From an uncultured Elusimicrobia bacterium (GTDB taxonomy: Bacteria > Elusimicrobiota > Elusimicrobia > 2-01-FULL-59-12): a stretch of DNA of 64,000 nucleotides. Numbering within the stretch: position 1 is the stretch's first letter; every line of letters starts with the position of its first letter. The notes under the pieces were generated by a model that ran no database searches, was not told the origin of the DNA, and saw only the letters and a program-made list of their open reading frames with translations. Location of the stretch: positions 1,952,001 through 2,016,000 of the forward strand of contig OY969767.1 of NCBI GenBank assembly GCA_963702895.1. Direction: 5' to 3'. Both the position numbers and the translations under genes were made by a program. This document shows, piece after piece, positions 1 to 8,113 of the stretch.

Positions 1-1072
1 GGAGAATGTCCCCAAACTTCTTCTGTCCTTTTTCGACGTCTGTAAGATCCATGATGGAAAGTTCTGCCGGAAGGCTGATGTTCGCCAACGGAGTCTTAAT
101 CTCGTGAGCAAAACCTCCAGCGATTTCGCCCAGCATTTCCGTGCGGGCGCCATGGACCGCCATTTCCAGATAGCGCACGCGTTGATAGGCAAGTGCCGCC
201 TGGTTGGCGATGATGCGAAGCAAAAGAAGGTCTTCTTTTGTGTAGGTCTCCTCCGACATCTTTTCTCCCAGCAAGAGATACCCCAAGACCTCGCCTTGGC
301 TCACCAAGGGAAAAGCAACGGACATGCCAAGATTTGTCATTTCCAGAGTGAAACTCATGCGCCGAGAATGGTCCTCTTCATTATGATGCGGAATTGCGAT
401 GGACAAAAAGTCGTACCTAAAGATGGCATACGTAAAGAGGAAAAACGCGACCCCGGTAAACAGAGAACTAATAGGGAACACAGATATCCCATAATTTGAC
501 AGCAGATCGAGTATGCCTAGAGAATTGGTGCCCAGGGCAGCCAAGACGAGAATCGCTTGATGGCGACGGTGCTTGGGAAGCTCGCGCTTCACAATCAGCG
601 CGAGTAACAAATAGGCCATTCGCCCGACCGTGGTGATGATGAGGACTAAGAAGATCGGATGGAGTCGGCCAGCCTTCGCCGCCAGCCCCCAAGAGAACGC
701 ATGGACACCACTAATGCAGAGAATCCCTGTCCAAATCAGAATCGCTAAAACAGAGGAGGTGAGATAGGAGAGGAAGAGCCACGCTTTATCCTTTTTGACC
801 GAAGCAAACTCGAGGACAAAGTTGTAGAAGATGGAAGGGATAAAGACAATGCCGGTGTAGCCTATGCGGATACCCAGGTCCATCGCCTGGGAAGGCAGTT
901 CAGAAAAAGCAAGGACCCAAATCCCCTGCCATAAACAGATAGCCACGCATAAGGCTCCGTAGAGTCGTTGTGCTCGGTTCTTATTCTTGACGAAAATGGC
1001 GATGCCCAGAAAAAGATAGGTCAAGGAGCTGAGCAAAAATGGAATCGCTTTAAGAGGGATGGAAGGGTCCAT
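1..1072 (-). CDS. 7TM (HisKA_7TM-like) membrane sensor histidine kinase, partial (runs off the left edge); carries only the C-terminal half of a GAF domain
   Basis: Absent from the ORF track; translated by hand. ATG at 1072 overlaps the upstream TGA (TGATG) and the frame is open to base 1: MDPSIPLKAIPFLLSSLTYLFLGIAIF...YAIFRYDFL...GMSVAFPLVSQGEVLGYLLLGEKMSEETYTKEDLLLLRIIANQAALA...GGFAHEIKTPLANI (H-box). Confidence 0.9.
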   Translation of the reverse strand, partial: MDPSIPLKAIPFLLSSLTYLFLGIAIFVKNKNRAQRLYGALCVAICLWQGIWVLAFSELPSQAMDLGIRIGYTGIVFIPSIFYNFVLEFASVKKDKAWLFLSYLTSSVLAILIWTGILCISGVHAFSWGLAAKAGRLHPIFLVLIITTVGRMAYLLLALIVKRELPKHRRHQAILVLAALGTNSLGILDLLSNYGISVFPISSLFTGVAFFLFTYAIFRYDFLSIAIPHHNEEDHSRRMSFTLEMTNLGMSVAFPLVSQGEVLGYLLLGEKMSEETYTKEDLLLLRIIANQAALAYQRVRYLEMAVHGARTEMLGEIAGGFAHEIKTPLANISLPAELSIMDLTDVEKGQKKFGDIL

Positions 1073-2289
1073 CAAGCCGCATCCTCATTTCGATGAGGTC
1101 CCCGCGTATCCAAGGGCTCCCCGATCTCCGCCGGAAAGCCCTGCACAAAGGGTTGCGGGTGATCAACGAAATAATCGGATATCGGGTTATTTTCGGCCAT
1201 CGTGGCCGGCAAGGCAGTGCCACTGGGCTCTGAGATTTTGAAAAATCCAGTCCCGCCCTGCGATCTCAGATAGAGTGCCGCTGATTTGGGATGCAGGGTG
1301 TCGCGCAGTACCCGAATGAGCGAATTCGCCATGGCTTCGGGCGTCGTGTGCGTGATGACTTCGCGCGAAAGTTCATAAAGCTTTTGTTCGCGATCGACGT
1401 ATTCGCGGAAGAACTTGGCATCGACCCACGCCTGGACTCTTTTTCGTAACGGCTGGAATCCTAACGTAATAAGCGCCGCCACCAAGGCAGGCGAAAACAC
1501 AGTCTGCAAACCCGCAATGCCCTGGAAGAGCCGGGCAAAAAGTGTAATCACGACAAGATAAACCGATGTGAGCAGGCCAATGACAACCGAATAAATGATC
1601 GTCTTGCGGACAATGAGCGCGATGTCCAAAAGGTGATGCTTCGTAATGGCGTAGGCCACCATACAAAGGCAGGTGAGCGTGAACACGAAGCCAATCGGAT
1701 AAAGGTCCAGCCCATAATTGACGAGGAAATCCAAGGAAGCGATACCGTAGGCACCCAGCGCATACGCAACCCATTTCGCTTGGTTACGTCGCAACGAGAA
1801 TTCCTTGGCCCGCAATAGCTCTTGAGCCAACAAATATACGGCATGACAAAAGAGCAGCAAGAGAAACGCTAGGAATACAGGATGTAGAGGGCCGGCCTTC
1901 GGATAATACCCCCATGTCCTGAGATACAACCCATTGACAAAGAGCGAATCAATCCATACGGAAGAGCACAGCAGGGCGGCGATGACATAGGCGCCTTGAA
2001 CCTTGGGGCGGTGCTCATGGCGATCTAGGAAGGCAATGATGAAGTGGTAAAAGGTGGCGGGGATGAAAATGATGCCAGAGTAGCCTGCTCGAACGAGAAA
2101 TAACGCCAAGTCCAAACTTCGAATCGAAAATAGGATGGTCCAACACAATTGCCAATAGCCCGTCGAGAAACACCAAAGGGAATAAGGAGCCCAGTCTTTA
2201 CCCATCCGCCGCCGCTGGGTGAGCACATACACCCCCAGCAAGAAAAACGCCAAAGATGTTAGGAACGGCAGGATCGAGTATTTGGACAC
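1072..2289 (-). CDS. 7TM (HisKA_7TM-like) membrane sensor protein with extra TM helices and the N-terminal half of a GAF domain; no kinase domain
   Basis: Many hydrophobic helices paralogous to the downstream kinase (GYSGIIFIP vs GYTGIVFIP; KAGPLHPVF vs KAGRLHPIF; YAITKHHLL vs YAIFRYDFL), followed by FQPLRKRVQAWVDAKFF and a GAF-like start (LYELSREV...SAALYL). Confidence 0.85.
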   Translation of the reverse strand: MSKYSILPFLTSLAFFLLGVYVLTQRRRMGKDWAPYSLWCFSTGYWQLCWTILFSIRSLDLALFLVRAGYSGIIFIPATFYHFIIAFLDRHEHRPKVQGAYVIAALLCSSVWIDSLFVNGLYLRTWGYYPKAGPLHPVFLAFLLLLFCHAVYLLAQELLRAKEFSLRRNQAKWVAYALGAYGIASLDFLVNYGLDLYPIGFVFTLTCLCMVAYAITKHHLLDIALIVRKTIIYSVVIGLLTSVYLVVITLFARLFQGIAGLQTVFSPALVAALITLGFQPLRKRVQAWVDAKFFREYVDREQKLYELSREVITHTTPEAMANSLIRVLRDTLHPKSAALYLRSQGGTGFFKISEPSGTALPATMAENNPISDYFVDHPQPFVQGFPAEIGEPLDTRGPHRNEDAA

Positions 2290-2293
2290 AGAT

Positions 2294-2782
2294 TTAGACG
2301 GCCAGGTCCTTGATCACATTCTTTGCGGCCGCAATCAATTGATCCGGGACTGGGATAAAGCGACCGTTCGCTGTGGCGAAGGCGATCTTTTGTCTGCCCT
2401 CGCTCAGCACTTTCCCCGTCTTATCGTTTATGAAGGTAAATAAAAGCTCAACGCTCGTCTTCTTAAGCTCCCCAATTTTCATCTTGATCAGGATGTCATC
2501 AAAGAGCATGGATTCGTAGTAATAACGCATCGACGCTTCCAGGGTGATCAGTTTGATGCCTGTTTCAAAAAAGGCTTTGTAGTCGGGCATGATGTAACGG
2601 ACAAAGTCTTCCCTAATCATGCCCTGCCAATCAAAATAATTAGCGAAATAAGTGTTTCCAGTCGCATTCGTATCCGTTAGAAAGACGGTCTTCCTAAAGA
2701 GAAATTCTTTCTCGCGACGGTTAAATTGTCTCCTGTCGAATGATATCGTATTGGTTCGACGATCACCCTCACGGTCTTTCAT
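2294..2782 (-). CDS. hot-dog fold (4HBT-like) acyl-ACP/CoA thioesterase
   Basis: DTNATGNTYFANYFDWQGMIRE motif; size and position next to ACP and ketosynthase genes. Confidence 0.85.
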   Translation of the reverse strand: MKDREGDRRTNTISFDRRQFNRREKEFLFRKTVFLTDTNATGNTYFANYFDWQGMIREDFVRYIMPDYKAFFETGIKLITLEASMRYYYESMLFDDILIKMKIGELKKTSVELLFTFINDKTGKVLSEGRQKIAFATANGRFIPVPDQLIAAAKNVIKDLAV

Positions 2783-3045
2783 TTTTCATTCCCCTTCATA
2801 TTGGATTCGATGCACCGGACCACGTCTTCGACTCTCACCAGTTTCATTAATTGTTCATCTGGGATCTGGACTTTGAATTTCTCCTGCAATTCGTGCGTTA
2901 ACTCAAACATGCCAAACGAGTCGACCCCCAACCCTTTGGATAGCTCCGAATCTATTCGAATCTCGGAAATCGGGATTTTCAAGTGTCGCGCAAGAGCTTC
3001 GCGGACCTCTTGTTGTATTGTGATTTCGCTCTTCGTCTCATTCAT
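2779..3045 (-). CDS. acyl carrier protein
   Basis: 88 aa, LGVDSF phosphopantetheine site, QEKFKVQIPDE. Confidence 0.9.
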   Translation of the reverse strand: MNETKSEITIQQEVREALARHLKIPISEIRIDSELSKGLGVDSFGMFELTHELQEKFKVQIPDEQLMKLVRVEDVVRCIESNMKGNEK

Positions 3046-3046
3046 A

Positions 3047-4288
3047 TCATAGTCTCCTTAAAATGAGGCAAGCATTGTTGCTGCCGAACCCGAATGCGTT
3101 AACCATCGCCACCTGGGTCGCCATTTTCCTCGCTGTATTGGGGGTAACGTCTAAGGCGCAGTCCGGATCCACCGTCGAAAAGTTAATCGTTGGAGGAATA
3201 ATCCCTTTGCACAGAGGCAAAAGGCTTGCCAAGACACCAAACGCTCCGGCCGCGCCCACCGTATGCCCTATCATGGATTTGGTGCAACTGAGAGCCAGCT
3301 TTCCCAAGCTGTTTTTGAACACCGTCCGGATGGCAGCGCCTTCGGCTCTATCATTGAGCTGTGTCGCGGTTGCATGAGCATTCACATAATCGACATCACT
3401 CACGTCAAGCTTGGCATCCTCCAGCGCATGCCTCATCACCTCGATAATATCCTTCGCTGAAGGATCGGGTGCCACGTGGTGATACGCGCCACAGTTTGAA
3501 CCGTATCCGAGGATTTCGCCGTAGAGAGGGACCTTCCGCGTTTTCGCGTGATTCCATTCCTCCAAGACCAAGATCGCGGCCCCATCGCCCAGGACCATGC
3601 CATCCCGATTCAAATCAAACGGCCGGCAAGCCGCTGCCGGATTCGAGTTGTTCCGGGATGACATTACGCGCATCGCATCGAAGGCGGCAAAGGTCAATGG
3701 CATCAGCGGCGCCTCAGCCCCTCCGGCCAGAATCATTTTGGCTCTCCCATGCCGAATCATTTCAAAAGCATGTCCTATCGAGTGCAAAGAAGAGGTACAA
3801 GCCGTGGAAATGGTGATATTGGGCCCACGCAATTTCATGGAAATGGCCATATTGGCAGAGACCGAATTCGGCATCGAGTTGGCGACGGCGTTGGGATGAA
3901 CGCCTCGAGGCCCGTTTTCATGCAACAACTCAAAATTCTTTTCATAACACATCATGCCCCCAAGCCCGGATCCCATATAAACGCCAGGGTTTTCTTCCAA
4001 TTCGCGCTCGCTCAAGCGTGAATCTTGGAACGCCATTTTACCAGCCGCCACGCCCAGGTGGGCATAGCGGTCCATGCGATCGGCTTCCTTGGGATCGATA
4101 TAATTCGTGGGCTCAAAGTCTTCAATCACACCGCCCACTTGGCAGCGGGATCCGGAGACATCAAAGGATGTGATGTTCTTGATGCCGGATTTCCCCGCTT
4201 CCAGAGCATTCCAGAATTCCTGAAGACCAATCCCGATGGATGAAACAACACCCAGACCGGAAATGACCACACGATTCAGATTTGTCAT
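3047..4288 (-). CDS. fabF: beta-ketoacyl-ACP synthase II (FabF-like)
   Basis: RVVISGLGVVS, TACTSS (Cys), NAHATAT and KSMIGH (His-His), NAFGFGSNN; catalytic triad intact. Confidence 0.92.
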   Translation of the reverse strand: MTNLNRVVISGLGVVSSIGIGLQEFWNALEAGKSGIKNITSFDVSGSRCQVGGVIEDFEPTNYIDPKEADRMDRYAHLGVAAGKMAFQDSRLSERELEENPGVYMGSGLGGMMCYEKNFELLHENGPRGVHPNAVANSMPNSVSANMAISMKLRGPNITISTACTSSLHSIGHAFEMIRHGRAKMILAGGAEAPLMPLTFAAFDAMRVMSSRNNSNPAAACRPFDLNRDGMVLGDGAAILVLEEWNHAKTRKVPLYGEILGYGSNCGAYHHVAPDPSAKDIIEVMRHALEDAKLDVSDVDYVNAHATATQLNDRAEGAAIRTVFKNSLGKLALSCTKSMIGHTVGAAGAFGVLASLLPLCKGIIPPTINFSTVDPDCALDVTPNTARKMATQVAMVNAFGFGSNNACLILRRL

Positions 4289-4338
4289 TTTCTCACCTGT
4301 GGCTGACCCATCGACCTTTGAAACGGCGAATCATCCTT

Positions 4339-5709
4339 CTATTTCCTCCCGAACCGATAGGTCAGATTCAGAGCAACAAGATTTGCGTAGTCTTTATAGG
4401 TTCCATCGATATCCGGGCTGGGAACACCGAAGGCAGGGATGCCGCCATCAGGAATGCCGCTGGTCGTTGAACCCACCGAATTATGGATCGAGCGGTTGTG
4501 AAAGAACACCGCCGAATAGGCAGCATCTAATGTCAGATTTTGAGTTAATTGGTATCCCGTCCCAAACGATAGGCCGTAACGCGTCAAATCATTGAATGCC
4601 GGACTGAAATTGACCTCCGGAGTGGCCCAGGGTTCATACCACAAGCCGCTTCTTAATTGCCATCGGTCGGAGACCTTATAATTGGCCCCCGCGGCAACAC
4701 TCCAGACATCGCGCAGATCAAATACTGTGGGATTTCCAGTGTCTAATAGCGCAAGGCGGTTCGGATCGGTTTCCGAGTAACGGACATTGAGATCTGTTCC
4801 TTGCGACCAATTAAACCAGGCTGCATCGGCTTCCAACAGCCATTTTTCATTCGGCTTATAGGCATACCCGAATTGGACATTTTGCGGCAATATCAAGTCC
4901 GTATAGGCCGAGGTGGAATAGTCGCTCCCGCCAAAAAGTGTTTCGACCGTACCATCAAGGCCCCGAATGGTCACATTTCCATTAATTCGCAGATTGATCT
5001 TGCTGTGATAAGTAACCCCGACCGAATGCTTTTCATAAGGCTGAAAGACCATCCCCGCATGATAACCCCAGTCGGTAGCCTGGCCGCGCAGACTGGAGAC
5101 AGCGTCCGGCGCACCCGTCGGCGGAGCAGATAGTCCCAAATTCATAGCATCCACATTCAGATGGCGGTCCATTTGCGCGTTGAACAAATTTACGTATTTA
5201 ATCCCCGCGCCAATCGAGATTTTGGGGTGAACCTGATAGGCCACTGCTGGCATGATTTCAACAATCCCCAGACGCGTATCCGTCGCCGTATAGCGCAACG
5301 GGCTGTTTCCGGGCCAGTGCGTCTCCAGCCCAAAAGGGCTTTGAACGCTTAACCCGGCGCCCAGTTTTCCATCCAAGAAATTCTGCGTCAGCGACAAGTT
5401 GGGAACAGCGATGTTCGTCACTTTGGCTTTGGTGACAGCGCCCGCATCGCTCTCATAGGATCCATGAATATTTTCCCAGTGAGCTCCTACGGTGATCTGG
5501 GTGCCCTTGAGACTCGTCATAGCGGCAGGATTTTGATACACCACCGAAGGGTCCTCATTTTGACCAGCGACTCCCACATATCCCTGCCCGGCAGCCCTTG
5601 CGCTCGGAACTTCATTCCCAATATTGGCTCCTCCCACCGCCTCGCTTAGCGTCGCGGCGAAAATGGACAGCATGATCGCGGCCATGACTTGCAGCGTCTT
5701 CGTTGGCAT
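4339..5709 (-). CDS. fadL: FadL/TodX/OmpP1 family outer-membrane hydrophobic-compound transporter
   Basis: Likely start at 5709 (GAGAGGGG RBS, signal peptide MPTKTLQVMAAIML...); SARAAGQG, DPSVVYQNPAAM, SPFGLETHW motifs; C-terminal LNLTYRF. The ORF-track extension to 5946 is probably not translated. Confidence 0.88.
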   Translation of the reverse strand: MPTKTLQVMAAIMLSIFAATLSEAVGGANIGNEVPSARAAGQGYVGVAGQNEDPSVVYQNPAAMTSLKGTQITVGAHWENIHGSYESDAGAVTKAKVTNIAVPNLSLTQNFLDGKLGAGLSVQSPFGLETHWPGNSPLRYTATDTRLGIVEIMPAVAYQVHPKISIGAGIKYVNLFNAQMDRHLNVDAMNLGLSAPPTGAPDAVSSLRGQATDWGYHAGMVFQPYEKHSVGVTYHSKINLRINGNVTIRGLDGTVETLFGGSDYSTSAYTDLILPQNVQFGYAYKPNEKWLLEADAAWFNWSQGTDLNVRYSETDPNRLALLDTGNPTVFDLRDVWSVAAGANYKVSDRWQLRSGLWYEPWATPEVNFSPAFNDLTRYGLSFGTGYQLTQNLTLDAAYSAVFFHNRSIHNSVGSTTSGIPDGGIPAFGVPSPDIDGTYKDYANLVALNLTYRFGRK

Positions 5710-5860
5710 GTTCGTTCCCCTCTCTTGGTGGTGTGGCGTCTTAGATGGCAGGCTGGCAGCTGTGGAGGTAGAAGAAATGAGCGGTCCTCGGCAGGCAAAC
5801 CGCAAACCATATTCTCTTGGTGGTTGCTCAGTTCTCATAGCCCAGCCCTCCCGTTCTGTC

Positions 5861-6097
5861 TTAAGTGGCAGTTGGTTCCCCTGTGGTGCTGGTTCCGTTT
5901 GTGCTTGCGATTGCGACTTTTTGGCTACAGATGGCTTCAATGTCATCCCTGCAAAACAGGAGCGCTGAGTTGGAGCCTGTGCCGACGCGCTTCCAGACCT
6001 TGAGCTTTCCTTTGCGGATCCAGGAAATAAGCGTCTGGCGCGAAATTCCCAGGATTTTGCAGGTCTCGGTTCGATCCAATATTTCTTCCGGTTGCAT
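5861..6097 (-). CDS. small excisionase/MerR-like (HTH_17, BldC-like) DNA-binding protein
   Basis: ILDRTETCKILGISRQTLISWIRKGKL; GAGGA RBS; first gene of the operon. Confidence 0.85.
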   Translation of the reverse strand: MQPEEILDRTETCKILGISRQTLISWIRKGKLKVWKRVGTGSNSALLFCRDDIEAICSQKVAIASTNGTSTTGEPTAT

Positions 6098-6203
6098 TTG
6101 GGTCCTCTTTCCCCCGTCCCCTATGTCCTGCCCTCTGCCGTTAACAGAGTTGTAACGAATCTCATGAACCTTCCGTAATCTCAGCTCTTTTGGAACGACT
6201 CGC

Positions 6204-6234
6204 AGTATGTAACAGGACTTGTCAGTTCTGTCAA
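6204..6234 (-). promoter_or_regulatory. putative sigma70 promoter of the HTH-fadL-fabF operon
   Basis: Minus strand reads TTGACA-gaactgacaagtcctgt-TACATACT: a perfect -35, with a weak -10 at 17 nt or CATACT at 19 nt; TGACA repeats at 9-nt spacing. Confidence 0.45.
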
Positions 6235-6251
6235 GCCCCCCCCAAAGATTT

Positions 6252-6380
6252 TTCGTATCGGCGTGTCGGCGTGTCGGAGTTTGGGGTGATAGGAAGGAAC
6301 GGTGGACCGGCGTACCAAAGCATCAACTTATCGGAATACTCGGATGCTGTTACGCCGATACCCCGATACGCCGATACGAA
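6252..6380. repeat. imperfect inverted repeat built of 8-bp units (gtatcggc/gtgtcggc ... ccgatacg)
   Basis: 6252-6280 ttcgtatcggcgtgtcggcgtgtcggagt pairs with 6352-6380 acgccgataccccgatacgccgatacgaa. Confidence 0.7.
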
Positions 6381-6383
6381 GCC

Positions 6384-7067
6384 TTATGCATCGAGGGAGT
6401 AGCCGCAGCCGCGGACGGTTCGGATCAGGCTCAGGCCTCGTTTGGCGTCGAGCTTGGCGCGGAGGTTTTTAATGTGGACTTCGATGGTGTTCGTCTGGGA
6501 CTCATGTTCGATCCCGGTGAGGTGCTGGGCCAGGTCTTCCTGGGAGTGGACTTGCTTGGGCCGGCGCATGAGGTATTCTAAAAGGTCAAATTCTTTCTTG
6601 GTCAGGGCGATGGGCTTATTGCCTTTGCGGACCTCCCGCTTGAGCAGGTCCATCTCCAGAGGCCCTACCTTGATGGTGGCGCCTTGGAGGACGGTGCCGC
6701 GGGCGGGGGTCGTCCTTCGTAGGATGGCCCGGATCCGGGCGACAAGCTCCGTGAGCAGAAAGGGTTTGACGATGTAGTCGTCCGCGCCGCTGTTTAAACC
6801 CTGCAGTTTGTCTCTTTCCTGACCCCTGGAGGTGACGAGGAGCACCACACCTTTATAACCACGGCAGCGAAGAGTCTTAAGGACCTCAAACCCGTCCCGT
6901 TTGGGCATGACGACGTCCAGAAGCACCACATCGTACGCCCGCTCCGAGGCCAGATCCACCGCCTCCTGGCCATCCTTGGCCGCATCCACAGCAAAACCCG
7001 CCCGGGTGAGACCTTCCAGGACAAAGGTTCTCAGGTCCGCATCGTCTTCAGCGATCAAGAGCCGCAT
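6384..7067 (-). CDS. OmpR/PhoB family response regulator (orphan in this neighbourhood)
   Basis: LLIAEDD, VLLDVVMP, GADDYIVKPF, winged-helix C-terminus IRTVRGCGY. Confidence 0.93.
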   Translation of the reverse strand: MRLLIAEDDADLRTFVLEGLTRAGFAVDAAKDGQEAVDLASERAYDVVLLDVVMPKRDGFEVLKTLRCRGYKGVVLLVTSRGQERDKLQGLNSGADDYIVKPFLLTELVARIRAILRRTTPARGTVLQGATIKVGPLEMDLLKREVRKGNKPIALTKKEFDLLEYLMRRPKQVHSQEDLAQHLTGIEHESQTNTIEVHIKNLRAKLDAKRGLSLIRTVRGCGYSLDA

Positions 7068-7805
7068 ATCGATGGTAAGGGTACCTTCCTTTTAAGGATG
7101 AATCAAGAACAAATCCATGGGTCGAAGAAGGAAAACGTTAGAGGTAGGTTTTCTCCTCTTTCCCTGTAGCAGGAGCCCGCTTGCTCCAGCGAAATTTCCC
7201 CCTCCATGACCCAGGTCATGCAGGGCTACGGAGGGGTATCTCTTTAGTGATTCCGCGACTTTCTAAAGGGGCGCCCGGGGTATTTTGCCGTGCCGCCCGC
7301 CAGTCCCTATAAGGGAACCATCCCGCGGTTCCCCCCGCCAGACATCTGGCGGGTCCCCTCTCCCCTATGGCGGGCTACGCACGACAAAACACCCCGAGCG
7401 CCCCTTCAACGTTCGAGAAACTGTAAAGACGTTGGGAGGTTCAGGGCTGATATGAACATGTCGCAAAAGAATGGCTGAATCATGGCACCTTGATCAGCGA
7501 TGAGCTTTTGCAGGTGGACAAAAGGGCGTTGGGGCAAGGGCAGAATCCGCATAGCGGAGGGGAGGCCGGCTGCACGGTCGGCCGGGGAACCACGGGAGGG
7601 TTCCCCTTATCAAGTCCTGCGGATGACGCCCTTGCCCCAGCGCCCTGCTCGCTCGCGGAACTGCTAAAGAGATACACCGAGGGTCAGCGTTTTGGCTTCG
7701 GACAGGCTGCGCGAACCACCCAGCCGGGGTGTCCGGGAGCGCCGGAGTGAGTCGCCTCCCTGCCCCACGGCAAGGTCCCCAAAGATTTCCTGCTTCTTCC
7801 ATGGG

Positions 7806-7849
7806 TTCTTCAGCAAATCTTCATCAAATCCTCAGACAATCTTCAGATT
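7806..7849 (+). promoter_or_regulatory. four tandem 11-bp direct repeats, OmpR/PhoB-type operator candidate
   Basis: ttcttcagcaa|atcttcatcaa|atcctcagaca|atcttcagatt, followed by a -10-like TAAGCT at 7857-7862. Confidence 0.55.
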
Positions 7850-7948
7850 CGTTGCCTAAGCTTGTCCTGTCACTCAAACCCACGCCAGTCTCTGGAAGAT
7901 CGCCATACGCTTGCCTGGGGCCTGGCACGACCGAGAGAGGAGACCCTC

Positions 7949-8113
7949 GTGAACGCGATCATCTCATGCCCCATTTGCTACGGCCAAGGCCACATCGATA
8001 TCACCGATTACATCAACCACGCCGTCCAGGACCGTCGGCCGCTACCTTGTCCGCTCTGTGCAGGACTCGGCTTTATCAAAACCGCCAGAAAGACCGCTCC
8101 CTCATGGAGCTAA
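7949..8113 (+). CDS. small DnaJ-type zinc-finger protein (two CxxCxGxG motifs)
   Basis: GAGGAG RBS then GTG at 7949; CPICYGQG and CPLCAGLG. Confidence 0.7.
   Translation: MNAIISCPICYGQGHIDITDYINHAVQDRRPLPCPLCAGLGFIKTARKTAPSWS

Noticed and set aside
1072..2289. Gene A as a simple frameshifted kinase pseudogene
   Set aside because: The downstream gene restarts with a complete second 7TM domain through a TGATG coupling, so a single indel cannot restore a normal kinase.
5710..5860. Riboswitch (e.g. c-di-GMP-I) upstream of fadL
   Set aside because: The GCAAACC-like words are on the non-coding strand, and the GAAA tetraloop/receptor architecture is absent.
7490..7750. 86-aa ORF and overlapping ORFs in the 7.1-7.8 kb intergenic region
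   Set aside because: TTG start without a clear RBS, no recognisable motif, and competing ORFs on both strands; cannot be supported.
6240..7788. 12-mer ccccaaagattt at 6240 and 7777 as a target-site duplication around the regulator gene
   Set aside because: Short and low complexity, with no transposase or terminal inverted repeats; may be chance.
7729..8103. N-terminal half of the 251-aa ORF 7729-8484
   Set aside because: It overlaps the operator-like repeats and the better-supported Zn-finger gene; the real gene likely starts at 8104.
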